Shown here: piece after piece, positions 1 to 10,346 of the stretch | Position numbering within the stretch: position 1 is the first letter of the stretch | Layout: each line of letters begins with the position of its first letter | DNA from: Pseudodesulfovibrio mercurii | Lineage (GTDB): Bacteria > Desulfobacterota > Desulfovibrionia > Desulfovibrionales > Desulfovibrionaceae | Assembly: GCF_000189295.2 (NCBI RefSeq) | Contig: NC_016803.1 | Coordinates: 3,720,001-3,752,000 of the forward strand | Length of the DNA: 32,000 bases | Direction of reading: 5' to 3' | Notes under the pieces: model-generated | The model's input: only the letters and a program-made list of their open reading frames with translations | The model's database searches: none | What the model was told of the DNA's origin: nothing | Made by a program: the position numbers and the translations under genes

Positions 1-2
1 CC

Positions 3-359
3 TCGCCCCTGCCCGTGGTCGGGGCGTCCGGAGCCATCGCCGGGGTCATGGGCGCGTACATCGTGCTCTACCCCCACGGCCGGGTCCTGACCCTCATCCC
101 GGTCTTTTTCCTCCCCCTCTTTTTCCGCATCCCCGCCTCCCTGTTCCTGGGATTCTGGTTCGTCATGCAGATCCTCTCCGGGGTGTACTCCACGGCCCAA
201 AGCGCCCAGAACGTGGCCTGGTGGGCGCACGTTGGGGGCTTCCTCACCGGCATCGTCCTCATCCGCTGGTTCCGCAGACCCGGCCGCTGCCGTTACTGCT
301 ACAACCCGGACAGCAAGGACTACGACCCCGAGGAGCCGGGGCCGCCGCCTGCGTTGTAA
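3..359 (+). CDS. Rhomboid-family intramembrane serine protease, C-terminal part (5' end lies outside the window)
   Basis: The frame is open to the window edge. GASGAIAGVMGAY carries the GxSG catalytic-Ser motif and WWAHVGGFLTG is the catalytic-His helix. Hydrophobic TM segments are present, with a short Cys-containing tail (CRYCYNP). Confidence 0.85.
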   Translation, partial: SPLPVVGASGAIAGVMGAYIVLYPHGRVLTLIPVFFLPLFFRIPASLFLGFWFVMQILSGVYSTAQSAQNVAWWAHVGGFLTGIVLIRWFRRPGRCRYCYNPDSKDYDPEEPGPPPAL

Positions 360-564
360 GAGGAAGCAGGTGTGGATGCCGCTTCGCGGCGATGTCGGGT
401 GGTTTCGCCTTGATTCGCCCCGTCCTGGGGCTCACCCCTACGGGGCCGCGCCTTATCGGGCGCGGTCCAAATCCGCTGTCCTGCGGATTTGTCGGCGGGC
501 AAGGGCTCGCACCCTTGCATCCCTCTATGGCGCCTTCGGCGCGGAGTGCGATATCTAGTATAGA
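360..564. other. GC-rich multi-hairpin intergenic element (REP/MITE-like element or structured RNA; unassigned)
   Basis: Consecutive hairpins are GGCCGCGCC/GGCGCGGTC (444-469), AAATCCGC/GCGGATTT (469-490) and GCAAGGG/CCCTTGC (500-519). There is no coding signal. Confidence 0.4.
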
Positions 565-1113
565 TTATGGGTGCCGGAACCGTTCGGCCAGGTGCCAGCG
601 GTCCACCAATGCCGCCACGGCGGGCGGGACCAGGGAGCGCCACTCGCCGCCGTCGCGGATGGCCGCGCGCACGGCCGTGCCGTTGATGCCCTTTTCACGC
701 TCGGGCCGCTCCCACATGACCTCGGTCTTCAGGCCCAGCTCCCGGAACCGCCTGAGCTTCTCCCGTCCCCAGTCGTCGTAGATGGTCAGGAAGTAGACCG
801 CGTCGCGCGGGGCGCGCTGTTCGAGCAGCTCCGGGCAGTTGATGGGGAAGGGGATCACCGAGAAGGCGTGCCGGTCCACTCCGGCCTCCATCAGGGCGGC
901 CTCGATCATGGCCTTGCGCTCCTCGAAGGTCAGGGGGTTGTTCTCCCGGCTGGACCGGGCCGGGTTGGTCGCCTCGTCGCGGGTGGTGGCCGCGTCCGGG
1001 TTGGTCACGCCGATGATCAGCCGGTCGCACAGCGCCTTGCCCGCCAGCAGGTAGACCAGATGGTCGTTGTGCAGGACCTGGAACCGTCCGTGGATGAAGC
1101 CGAGGGGGTGCAT
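565..1113 (-). CDS. NadM-type nicotinamide-nucleotide adenylyltransferase-like cytidylyltransferase
   Basis: GRFQVLHNDH matches the GRFQPxHxGH nucleotidyltransferase motif and INGTAVR matches the ISGTxIR motif. The size (about 182 aa) fits archaeal-type NMNAT. AGGAG lies 5 nt upstream of the ATG at 1113. The ORF track starts 2 codons earlier, at a GTG at 1119. Confidence 0.8.
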   Translation of the reverse strand: MHPLGFIHGRFQVLHNDHLVYLLAGKALCDRLIIGVTNPDAATTRDEATNPARSSRENNPLTFEERKAMIEAALMEAGVDRHAFSVIPFPINCPELLEQRAPRDAVYFLTIYDDWGREKLRRFRELGLKTEVMWERPEREKGINGTAVRAAIRDGGEWRSLVPPAVAALVDRWHLAERFRHP

Positions 1114-1115
1114 GG

Positions 1116-2450
1116 TCACTCCTGGGGGTCGAGGATGAACGGGGGGTGGTCGCCGGGCCAGTACTCCACCGGGTCGGGCGTGTCGTGGATGCCGACCAGC
1201 CGGGCGCGGTCCAGGTAGTTCAGGACCGAAAAGAGGAATTCGCGGCCGCGCATGCAGCCCAGCGCGCCTCCGGCCACACTGATCTCGTCGAAGGCGGTCA
1301 CCGCGTCCCTCCGCACGCCCTCGCCCGCGAACAGCAGCGGTACCGGCTCGCCCGAGTGGATCAGCCCGCCGCAGCTCGGGGTGGAGTGGTCCCCGGTCAC
1401 GGCCAGGAGCAGACGCGGGTCGGCCAGGATGGCGTCGGCCACCCCTTTGAGCCCCCGGTCCAGGGACTCGATGACCCGGACCTTGGCCTCCGGGTCCTTG
1501 GTGTGGGCCGCCTGGTCCGGGGTCTTGGTGTGCACGTGGATGAAGTCGAAATCGTCCGCCCGGTCCAGGGCCAGGCGGATGCGCTCGGCCAGGTCCGCGC
1601 CCGGATCGCCCGTGTCGCGCGCCCGGAGAAATTCCATGCCCGTGAACCGGGCCAGCCCCGCGTACATGGCCCCGGTGGCGATGGACAGGCCGCGCAACCC
1701 GTACCGTTCGCGCAGGGAGGGGCAGGGCTTGAGCCGCCCGGCCCGCTGGGTGACCAGCCCGTCGGCCGGGACCTGTCCGGCCTGTTCCCGTGCGCGGTTC
1801 ATGGGCAGGTCGGCCAGGATGCGGTGCGCCCGGACCAGGTAGTCGGCCAGGAACGCGGCCGTGCGCCGGGCCGCCGGGTCGTGGGCCTGCTCCCGCAGGG
1901 GCAGGGGACGCGGCAGGAGGCGGCCGTCCACCATGGGGTTGGTGTCGGTGACGAAGGGCGAGACGTCGCCGCGCAGCACCAGCACACCGAACAGGCCGCC
2001 CACCGGGTGCAGGCTGGCGGTCACGCCGTCGCGCGTGAAGGGCGGCAGGGCGGCGAACAGGGCGTCGGCCTCGTCCGGCGCGATCGGCACCTTGTCGCGC
2101 AGCAGGGTCAGCCGGTTGTCCGCGTCCGGGCCGATGTGGGCGAAGTGGGCAAGCAGGGCCACGTCGTCCGGGCCGAGGTCGAGGCCCGCGCCGAGGGCCT
2201 CCAGCGCGCCGCGTCCGGGGAACTCGTCAGGCCGGCCGCCGAACAGGGCGAAGTGGGCGTTTTCCGAGGGCAGGGGCTGGCCGAAAAAGGAGGCGTGGTA
2301 CAGCCCCGTGGCCCCGAGCCCGGCCAGCCGGTCCAGGCAGGGCGTGGCCGCCGCCTGGAGCGGGGTGCGGTGGCCGAGGTGGGCATGGGCACGGTCGCCC
2401 AGGCCGTCCAGCAGGATGAGCAGACATGTGTCAGGCACGGACGACCCCAC
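1116..2450 (-). CDS. apgM: ApgM-family metalloenzyme, usually annotated as cofactor-independent phosphoglycerate mutase (archaeal type); exact activity uncertain
   Basis: LLILLDGLGDR near the N-terminus and VTGDHSTP near the C-terminus are characteristic of the ApgM/alkaline-phosphatase superfamily. The start is ambiguous: GTG at 2450 or GTG at 2438, with no ATG nearby. Confidence 0.8.
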   Translation of the reverse strand: MGSSVPDTCLLILLDGLGDRAHAHLGHRTPLQAAATPCLDRLAGLGATGLYHASFFGQPLPSENAHFALFGGRPDEFPGRGALEALGAGLDLGPDDVALLAHFAHIGPDADNRLTLLRDKVPIAPDEADALFAALPPFTRDGVTASLHPVGGLFGVLVLRGDVSPFVTDTNPMVDGRLLPRPLPLREQAHDPAARRTAAFLADYLVRAHRILADLPMNRAREQAGQVPADGLVTQRAGRLKPCPSLRERYGLRGLSIATGAMYAGLARFTGMEFLRARDTGDPGADLAERIRLALDRADDFDFIHVHTKTPDQAAHTKDPEAKVRVIESLDRGLKGVADAILADPRLLLAVTGDHSTPSCGGLIHSGEPVPLLFAGEGVRRDAVTAFDEISVAGGALGCMRGREFLFSVLNYLDRARLVGIHDTPDPVEYWPGDHPPFILDPQE

Positions 2451-2460
2451 TGAATATATA

Positions 2461-2505
2461 GATACAATCTATTCCGATAACAATTCTCATTAATACAATC
2501 TCATT
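2461..2505. repeat. Three tandem imperfect direct repeats, (G/A)ATA(A)CAAT(T)CT(C)ATT
   Basis: The copies are GATACAATCTATT (2461-2473), GATAACAATTCTCATT (2476-2491) and AATACAATCTCATT (2492-2505). They lie in the AT-rich divergent region between the apgM-like and PHP genes. Confidence 0.6.
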
Positions 2506-2537
2506 GCAAAGGGCGGGTGCGCGTGTACACTGTGCAT

Positions 2538-3140
2538 ATGCTCATAGATCTACACGTCCATTCGACATGTTCGCCGTGCAGCGTCCTGAAACCCTCGGAA
2601 ATCCTGGCCAATGCCCGGTCGCTGGGTCTTGACGCCGTTTGTATCACCGATCACGACACCATGTCCATCCTGACTCAATGCCGGGAGGGATTCCAGCCGG
2701 ACGGGCTGCTGCTCATCGTAGGCATGGAGTACACCACGGACCAGGGCGATTACCTGCTCTTCGGCGACGTCCGCTCCCTGCCCCACGGGCTGTCCGCCGA
2801 AATCCTGCTGCCCGAGGTGCGCGCCCTGGGCGGCGCGGCCATCGCGGCCCACCCGTGCCGGACCTGGCGTCCGGCCGACCCGGTCATCTTTGACCGGGGG
2901 CTGTGCGCCATCGCCGAGGTGGAGAACGGGCGCAACTCCGCCGCCGAGAACCGCCATGCCTTGGAGCTGGCCTCGGGTCACGACATGACCTTCGTGGCCG
3001 GGTCCGACGCCCACGCCCTGGAAGAGCTGGGCCGCTGCCCCACGCGGTTCACCGTGCCGGTCAACTCCAAGGCGGACCTGATCGACGCCCTGAACCGGGG
3101 ACTGTGCCGTCCCTCGGCCCGCCACCGCTCGGCGGCCTGA
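2538..3140 (+). CDS. PHP-domain metal-dependent phosphoesterase
   Basis: MLIDLHVHSTCS and ITDHDT are PHP His/Asp metal-ligand motifs, with GSDAH near the C-terminus. An alternative GTG start at 2517 has a weak AAGGG upstream. Confidence 0.8.
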   Translation: MLIDLHVHSTCSPCSVLKPSEILANARSLGLDAVCITDHDTMSILTQCREGFQPDGLLLIVGMEYTTDQGDYLLFGDVRSLPHGLSAEILLPEVRALGGAAIAAHPCRTWRPADPVIFDRGLCAIAEVENGRNSAAENRHALELASGHDMTFVAGSDAHALEELGRCPTRFTVPVNSKADLIDALNRGLCRPSARHRSAA

Positions 3141-3165
3141 TCCCTCCGGGCCGCAGGCCCGCTCC

Positions 3166-3723
3166 CTACTTGGTCGGAATCAGGAAGGACGTGACCTTGC
3201 GCACGCCCTCGACCCCCTTGGCCGTCTTCACGGCCAGGGCGGCGTCCGCCTTGCTCCGGACCATGCCGAGCAGGACCACCTCGCCGTTCATGGCCTCCTG
3301 CTCGATCTGGGTGGAGCTCAGGTCCCCGTTGCCGATGAGCGCGGTGCGCACCTTGGCGGCCAGCTCCAGGTCGGCGGACGTGGTGTCCGACTCGGCCACG
3401 AAGTAGGTGGTCACCTTGGCCACATCCTTGGTCCCCTTGGCCGTCTTCACGGCAAAGGCGCGGAAGGCCGTGTCGTCGATGGCTCCCACCAGATAGACGT
3501 GCTTCAGGAAACAATAGACATGGACCTTGAGGGCCAGTCCGGAATCCTTGTCCGCCAGGTCTGCCTTGATGGACAGGGATATCTGCTTGTCCGTGGCCTG
3601 ATCGCCCACGCTGCGCTCGTCGCGCGCGCTGCCGTAGATGGCCCCCCACGGGGTCCAGGCCAGGGACGACAGGGCCAGGCCGAGGATGAGCACGACAAGG
3701 GCCGGGAGAGTGGGACGCTGCAT
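3166..3723 (-). CDS. Periplasmic BON-domain protein (OsmY-like, two BON repeats)
   Basis: A signal peptide (MQRPTLPALVVLILGLALSSLA) is followed by two BON-like units (..HVYLVGAID..KGTKDVAKVT.. and ..GEVVLLGMV..KGVEGVRKVT..). GGAGG lies upstream of the ATG at 3723. The 42-codon N-terminal extension in the ORF track is rejected. Confidence 0.8.
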   Translation of the reverse strand: MQRPTLPALVVLILGLALSSLAWTPWGAIYGSARDERSVGDQATDKQISLSIKADLADKDSGLALKVHVYCFLKHVYLVGAIDDTAFRAFAVKTAKGTKDVAKVTTYFVAESDTTSADLELAAKVRTALIGNGDLSSTQIEQEAMNGEVVLLGMVRSKADAALAVKTAKGVEGVRKVTSFLIPTK

Positions 3724-3863
3724 ATTTCCTCCTTCCGAGGTATGTGGATAACTCTGTGGAAAAATATTCGGTTGCCGCGATTCCGGTCTTGACACCATGC
3801 AAAGGCATATTACTTTAGGTAGGCGTTGAATAAAATACAATTCGTCCAAGGAAAACGATTCTG

Positions 3864-4847
3864 ATGGAATATAGAGACTACTACAAACTCCTCGGCGTGT
3901 CCCGTACCGCTTCCAAGGAAGAGATCGGCAAGGCTTTCAAGAAGCTGGCCCGAAAGTATCACCCCGATCTCAATCCCAACAACAAGGAAGCCGAGGACAA
4001 GTTCAAGGAGATCAACGAGGCCTACGAAGTCCTCAAGGACGAGAAGAAGCGCAAGCTCTATGACCAGTTCGGCTCCAATTGGGAGCATGGCCAGAACTTC
4101 CAGCCGCCGCCGGGCTACGAAAACGTCCACTTCGGCGGCGGAGGCGGCGGCTTCGGCGGTGGCGGCGCGGGCTTCTCCGACTTCTTCGAGACCATCTTCG
4201 GCGGGGGCGGCGGCTCGTTCCGCGGCGGCTTCCAGCAGGGCGGCTTCTCGCAGGGAGACTTCGGCGGCGGCTTCAAGGCGCGTCCCCGCAGGGGCGCGGA
4301 CTCCGAGGCGTCCTACGAGCTGACCCTCGAGGAGGCGTACCGGGGCGGCAAGAAGTCCATCACCCTCCAGGAGCAGACCGCCGGTCCCGACGGCATCCCG
4401 CGCGTGAACACCAAGACCCTCGAGGTCACGGTGCCCGCGGGCATCAAGGACGGCCAGAAGATCCGCCTGGCGGGCCAGGGCAATCCCGGCATGGGCGGCG
4501 GACCCAAGGGCGACCTGTACCTGAAGATCCGGCTCATGCCGCACCCCATGTTCAAGGTGGCCGAATCGGACGTCGTCCTCGACCTGCCGCTCAGTCCCTG
4601 GGAGGCGGCGCTCGGCACCACCGCGCGCATTCCCACCCTGGACGGGGCCGTGGAGATGAAGATTCCGCCGGGCATCGGCTCGGGCAAGAAGCTGCGCATC
4701 AAGGGCCGGGGCCTCGGCTCCGGGGCCAAGAAGGGCGACCAGTACGTGCGCATCATGATCCAGGTTCCCGAGCGGCTTTCGGCCAAGGAGCGCGACCTGT
4801 TCGAACAATTGCAGAAGGTCTCGGACTTCAAGCCGAGAACGTTCTAG
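3864..4847 (+). CDS. cbpA: Curved-DNA-binding J-domain co-chaperone CbpA (DnaJ-like, no zinc finger)
   Basis: The J domain reads [20 protein letters not shown]. It is followed by a G/F-rich region and DnaJ C-terminal domains, with no CxxCxGxG repeats. A CbpM-like gene follows. Confidence 0.9.
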   Translation: MEYRDYYKLLGVSRTASKEEIGKAFKKLARKYHPDLNPNNKEAEDKFKEINEAYEVLKDEKKRKLYDQFGSNWEHGQNFQPPPGYENVHFGGGGGGFGGGGAGFSDFFETIFGGGGGSFRGGFQQGGFSQGDFGGGFKARPRRGADSEASYELTLEEAYRGGKKSITLQEQTAGPDGIPRVNTKTLEVTVPAGIKDGQKIRLAGQGNPGMGGGPKGDLYLKIRLMPHPMFKVAESDVVLDLPLSPWEAALGTTARIPTLDGAVEMKIPPGIGSGKKLRIKGRGLGSGAKKGDQYVRIMIQVPERLSAKERDLFEQLQKVSDFKPRTF

Positions 4848-4857
4848 GGGTAGGACA

Positions 4858-5193
4858 ATGACCACGAGAAAATTGCAGGAAATGATCATGCACATGCCGG
4901 GCCTGAACCTGCCCGAGCGCAGCGAATACGTGGCCTGGGCCCAACTGGTCCAGCTGACCTCCATCCAGCCCGCCGAGGTGAGCGAACTGGTCGATCTCGG
5001 CTGGATCAGCCCCAAGAAGACCGGGGCCGAGGAGTACCTGTTCCGGCTCAAGGACGTCTACCGCATCCACAAGCTCATGCGCCTGGTCCACGACCTCGAG
5101 GTCTCGGTCTACGGCGGGTCCATCATCGTGGACCTGCTCGAGCGGATCGAGGAGCTGGAGGTCGAGGTCGGGGAGCTCAAGCGTCTCGTCTGA
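4858..5193 (+). CDS. cbpM: Chaperone modulatory protein CbpM-like (MerR_2-type HTH)
   Basis: It is 111 aa and starts 10 nt after cbpA. Architecture and position match the E. coli cbpA-cbpM pair, with a C-terminal coiled coil (IEELEVEVGELKRL). Confidence 0.7.
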   Translation: MTTRKLQEMIMHMPGLNLPERSEYVAWAQLVQLTSIQPAEVSELVDLGWISPKKTGAEEYLFRLKDVYRIHKLMRLVHDLEVSVYGGSIIVDLLERIEELEVEVGELKRLV

Positions 5194-5224
5194 CCGACAT
5201 ATTTCGTGAGGAGGTAATCATCAT

Positions 5225-7822
<2,598 letters not shown>

Positions 7823-7845
7823 CCCGAAAACACGACGATATCCGA

Positions 7846-7877
7846 GGCCGGTACCCCAATGGGGTGCCGGCCTTTTT
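7846..7877 (+). terminator. Rho-independent terminator after clpB
   Basis: GGCCGGTACCCC-AAT-GGGGTGCCGGCC forms a 12-bp stem with one G.U pair, followed by TTTTT. Confidence 0.85.
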
Positions 7878-7967
7878 ACGGCCTGCTGCGGCCGCGTACC
7901 GCAATCGCGCTTGACATCCGCCCGGTCTTTCCCGATGGTTGCGCCTTCAACAATTACCGAGGTGTTC

Positions 7968-9122
7968 ATGCCCAACCTGATCCTGCTGGCACTGCTGGCG
8001 GCCTTCCCGCCGCTGTCCACGGACATGTACCTGCCCGCCATCCCCACCCTGCAAACACTGTGGGGCATCTCCTACGCCACGGCCAACCTGTCCATGGTCC
8101 TGTTCATGGGCGTGTTCAGCGTCTTCCTGCTCATCCACGGCCCGCTGTCCGACCGGTTCGGGCGCAGGCCGGTGCTCATCGGCGGCCTGCTCCTGTTCAT
8201 CATTGCCTCCTTCGGCTGCGCCCTGTCCCCGTCCATCGGCTTCCTGCTCGCGTTCCGGTGCCTCCAGGCGGCGGGCGCGGCGGCCGGGGCGGCCCTGGCC
8301 CTGGCCCTGTCCAAGGACCTCTATGATGGGGCTCGGCGGCAGAAGATCCTGGCCCACATGGGGGTGATCATGGCCCTGGCCCCCATGCTGGCCCCGTCCA
8401 TCGGCGGGCTGATGCTCAAGTTCGCCTCCTGGCGCTGGATCTTCGTGGTCCAGGCCGGGATGGCCCTGATCGGCCTGTACGGCGTACTCCGCCTCAAGGA
8501 GCCGCTTACGGAGTTCACCCGCGGCGGCTTCCTGGCCGTGGCCGGGCGGTACCGGCTGGTGCTCGGGAACCTGCCCTTCGCGGTCCTGGCCACCGGCTTC
8601 GCCCTCATGTCCCTGCCGCACTTCGCCTTCATCGGCGGCTCGGCGGACATGTACATCAACACCTTGGGCCTGTCCGAACAGGCCTTCGGCATCTACTTCG
8701 GGGCCAACGCCATCGGGTTCATGCTCGGCTCCCTGGTCTGCACCCGGATGGTCGGCACGTACAAGCCCCTGCACATGCTCTACGCCACCTTCGCCTTCCT
8801 GTTCGCCTCGACCATCCTGATGCTCATTCTCGGCGGGCGCACGCCCCTGACCCTGGCCCTGCCCATGTTCTGCATGTCGCTGAGCGTGGGCTTCTCCCGG
8901 CCCATCTCCAATTCCATGATCCTCGACCAGGTGGACACGGACGTGGGAGCGGCCTCGGGCATCCTGACCTTCGAGATATTCTTCGTCGCGGCCCTGTCCA
9001 TGCAGCTCATCTCCCTGGACTGGCCCGACAAGCCCATGGTTCTGGGCGTGCTCGGTCTGCTCGGCACCGCGATCCCGCTGCTCTCCCTGCTGGCCGTCAG
9101 GAAGCGCTGCCGGTTCAACTAG
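7968..9122 (+). CDS. bcr: Bcr/CflA-family MFS drug efflux transporter
   Basis: LSTDMYLPAIP and GPLSDRFGRRPVL are MFS/Bcr signatures, and about 12 hydrophobic segments are present. GAGG lies 5 nt upstream of the ATG at 7968. The ORF track starts 19 codons earlier. Confidence 0.85.
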   Translation: MPNLILLALLAAFPPLSTDMYLPAIPTLQTLWGISYATANLSMVLFMGVFSVFLLIHGPLSDRFGRRPVLIGGLLLFIIASFGCALSPSIGFLLAFRCLQAAGAAAGAALALALSKDLYDGARRQKILAHMGVIMALAPMLAPSIGGLMLKFASWRWIFVVQAGMALIGLYGVLRLKEPLTEFTRGGFLAVAGRYRLVLGNLPFAVLATGFALMSLPHFAFIGGSADMYINTLGLSEQAFGIYFGANAIGFMLGSLVCTRMVGTYKPLHMLYATFAFLFASTILMLILGGRTPLTLALPMFCMSLSVGFSRPISNSMILDQVDTDVGAASGILTFEIFFVAALSMQLISLDWPDKPMVLGVLGLLGTAIPLLSLLAVRKRCRFN

Positions 9123-9142
9123 GCCCGGGGCCGGAGACGGCG

Positions 9143-9178
9143 AAAAGCCCGTGCGCAGAGATGCGCGCGGGCTTTTTT
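9143..9178. terminator. Bidirectional rho-independent terminator between the convergent bcr and hydrolase genes
   Basis: The sequence is AAAA-GCCCGTGCGCA-GAGA-TGCGCGCGGGC-TTTTTT. The stem is flanked by an A-tract and a T-tract. Confidence 0.85.
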
Positions 9179-9198
9179 CGCTTTGTCCGGGGGGACGG

Positions 9199-10173
9199 TC
9201 AGACCGGAATTTCGCGCAGGAAGGTTTCGGCCCGCCGCTCGGACCAGTAGACGTTGTCCCGGTCCTTGGCCACGAAGCCCACGTGGCCGCCGTACAGCGG
9301 CATCTCCAGGAACAGACTGGCGTTGGACATGGCCTCGGTCACCGGGAAGCAGGACGGGGTCAGGAAGGGGTCGTTCTGGGCGTTGACCAGCAGGGTGGGC
9401 ACGCGGATGGCGCGCAGGAACTGGAGCGAGGAGGCCTTGGCATAGTAGTCGGCGGCGTCGGCGAAACCGCCGATGGGCGCGGTGAAGCGGTTGTCGAACT
9501 CGCGCAGGGTGCGGATGCCCTTGAGCTGGGATGCGTCCACCACCTCGGGGAAGCGCTCGCCCTTTTCGCGCATCTTCTCGCGCAGGCCGCGCATGAAATA
9601 TTCGAAATAGACGCGGTGGGCGGAGATGACCCGCTCGGCCGCGTCCAGGTCGCAGGGCGTGGAAAAGGCCACGGCCCCGGCCACCTGCGCGGGCACGCGG
9701 TCCGGGTCTTCGCCCAGGTACTTGAGGATCTGGTTGCCGCCCATGGAGAAGCCGATGAGCACGATCTTGTCGTATCGCCCCGTGGCCAGGCAGTGCAGGA
9801 CGATCTCGTGCAGGTCGTTGGTCTCGCCCGAGTGGTAGCAACGGGGCAGGCGGTTGGGCTCGTCGCCGCACCCGCGCTGGGTCCAGCAGGCCGCGTCCCA
9901 GCCCAGGGCGTTGGCCATGACGGCCATGCCGAGGGTGTACTTGCGCCGAGCGTTGCCCTCCAGGCCGTGGCTGACGATGACCAGCCGGTTGGTCTCGCCC
10001 GTGCGCGAGCGATGCCAGTCCAGGTCCAGGAAGTCCGAGTCGGCCAGCTCCACGCGTTCGGGTTCGGGGGCGGTCAGGGGCGTGAGCCGGAAGAGGGGCG
10101 GGTACAGGGTGGCCAGGTGGCCCGAGGCGAAGGGGAACGGGGGCCGATAGTCGGGGATGGGCAGTACGGGCAT
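9199..10173 (-). CDS. Alpha/beta-fold hydrolase, YheT/ABHD1-3-like
   Basis: The N-terminal SGHLATLYP resembles the YheT NGHLQT motif. The nucleophile elbow is GFSMGGN, and the length is 324 aa. Confidence 0.8.
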   Translation of the reverse strand: MPVLPIPDYRPPFPFASGHLATLYPPLFRLTPLTAPEPERVELADSDFLDLDWHRSRTGETNRLVIVSHGLEGNARRKYTLGMAVMANALGWDAACWTQRGCGDEPNRLPRCYHSGETNDLHEIVLHCLATGRYDKIVLIGFSMGGNQILKYLGEDPDRVPAQVAGAVAFSTPCDLDAAERVISAHRVYFEYFMRGLREKMREKGERFPEVVDASQLKGIRTLREFDNRFTAPIGGFADAADYYAKASSLQFLRAIRVPTLLVNAQNDPFLTPSCFPVTEAMSNASLFLEMPLYGGHVGFVAKDRDNVYWSERRAETFLREIPV

Positions 10174-10242
10174 GGCTGTGGTGTACGACCGCCCGGCCGC
10201 GAAGTAAAGCGGTGCGCGGCGGTTTGTTCGTCCCGCGCCTCC

Positions 10243-10251
10243 GGGGGGGGG
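10243..10251. repeat. Homopolymeric G9 tract in a divergent promoter region
   Basis: Nine consecutive Gs are followed by CGGCGTC and GGGGG (10259-10263). The tract lies between the hydrolase start (10173) and the aminopeptidase start (10347). Confidence 0.9.
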
Positions 10252-10346
10252 CGGCGTCGGGGGCGCGAAAACGGTTGCCCGGACCCGGCCTCATTGGCTA
10301 CCCTGGATCACCGCCCGATGCGTGGCGCGAAACCCGAGGAGCCCGC

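Noticed and set aside
221-781. ORFs of 186, 108 and 107 aa crossing the 360..564 intergenic element.
   Set aside because: They are Arg/Pro/Gly/Ala-rich translations of hairpin-rich GC DNA with no start context. They overlap the ends of real genes in the wrong frame.
3724-3849. N-terminal extensions offered by the ORF track for several genes: BON protein 3724..3849, C69 dipeptidase 21780..21899, LpoA-like 15968..16069, grpE 12990..13310, mtaB 23343..23630, DUF4416 24620..24976.
   Set aside because: In each case an internal start yields a canonical N-terminus (a signal peptide or a family-typical first motif). For the BON protein, grpE and the ATGA-coupled DUF4416 gene an SD or direct start-stop coupling also supports the internal start; for the C69, LpoA-like and mtaB starts no SD was identified. 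The extensions cross intergenic DNA, terminators or the preceding gene.
9119-10294. A 391-aa minus-strand ORF and a 414-aa plus-strand ORF (9151..10395) overlapping the hydrolase gene.
   Set aside because: These are alternative frames of the YheT-like hydrolase locus with extreme Arg/Pro/Gly content and no motifs. The frame 9199..10173 carries the GFSMGGN nucleophile elbow.
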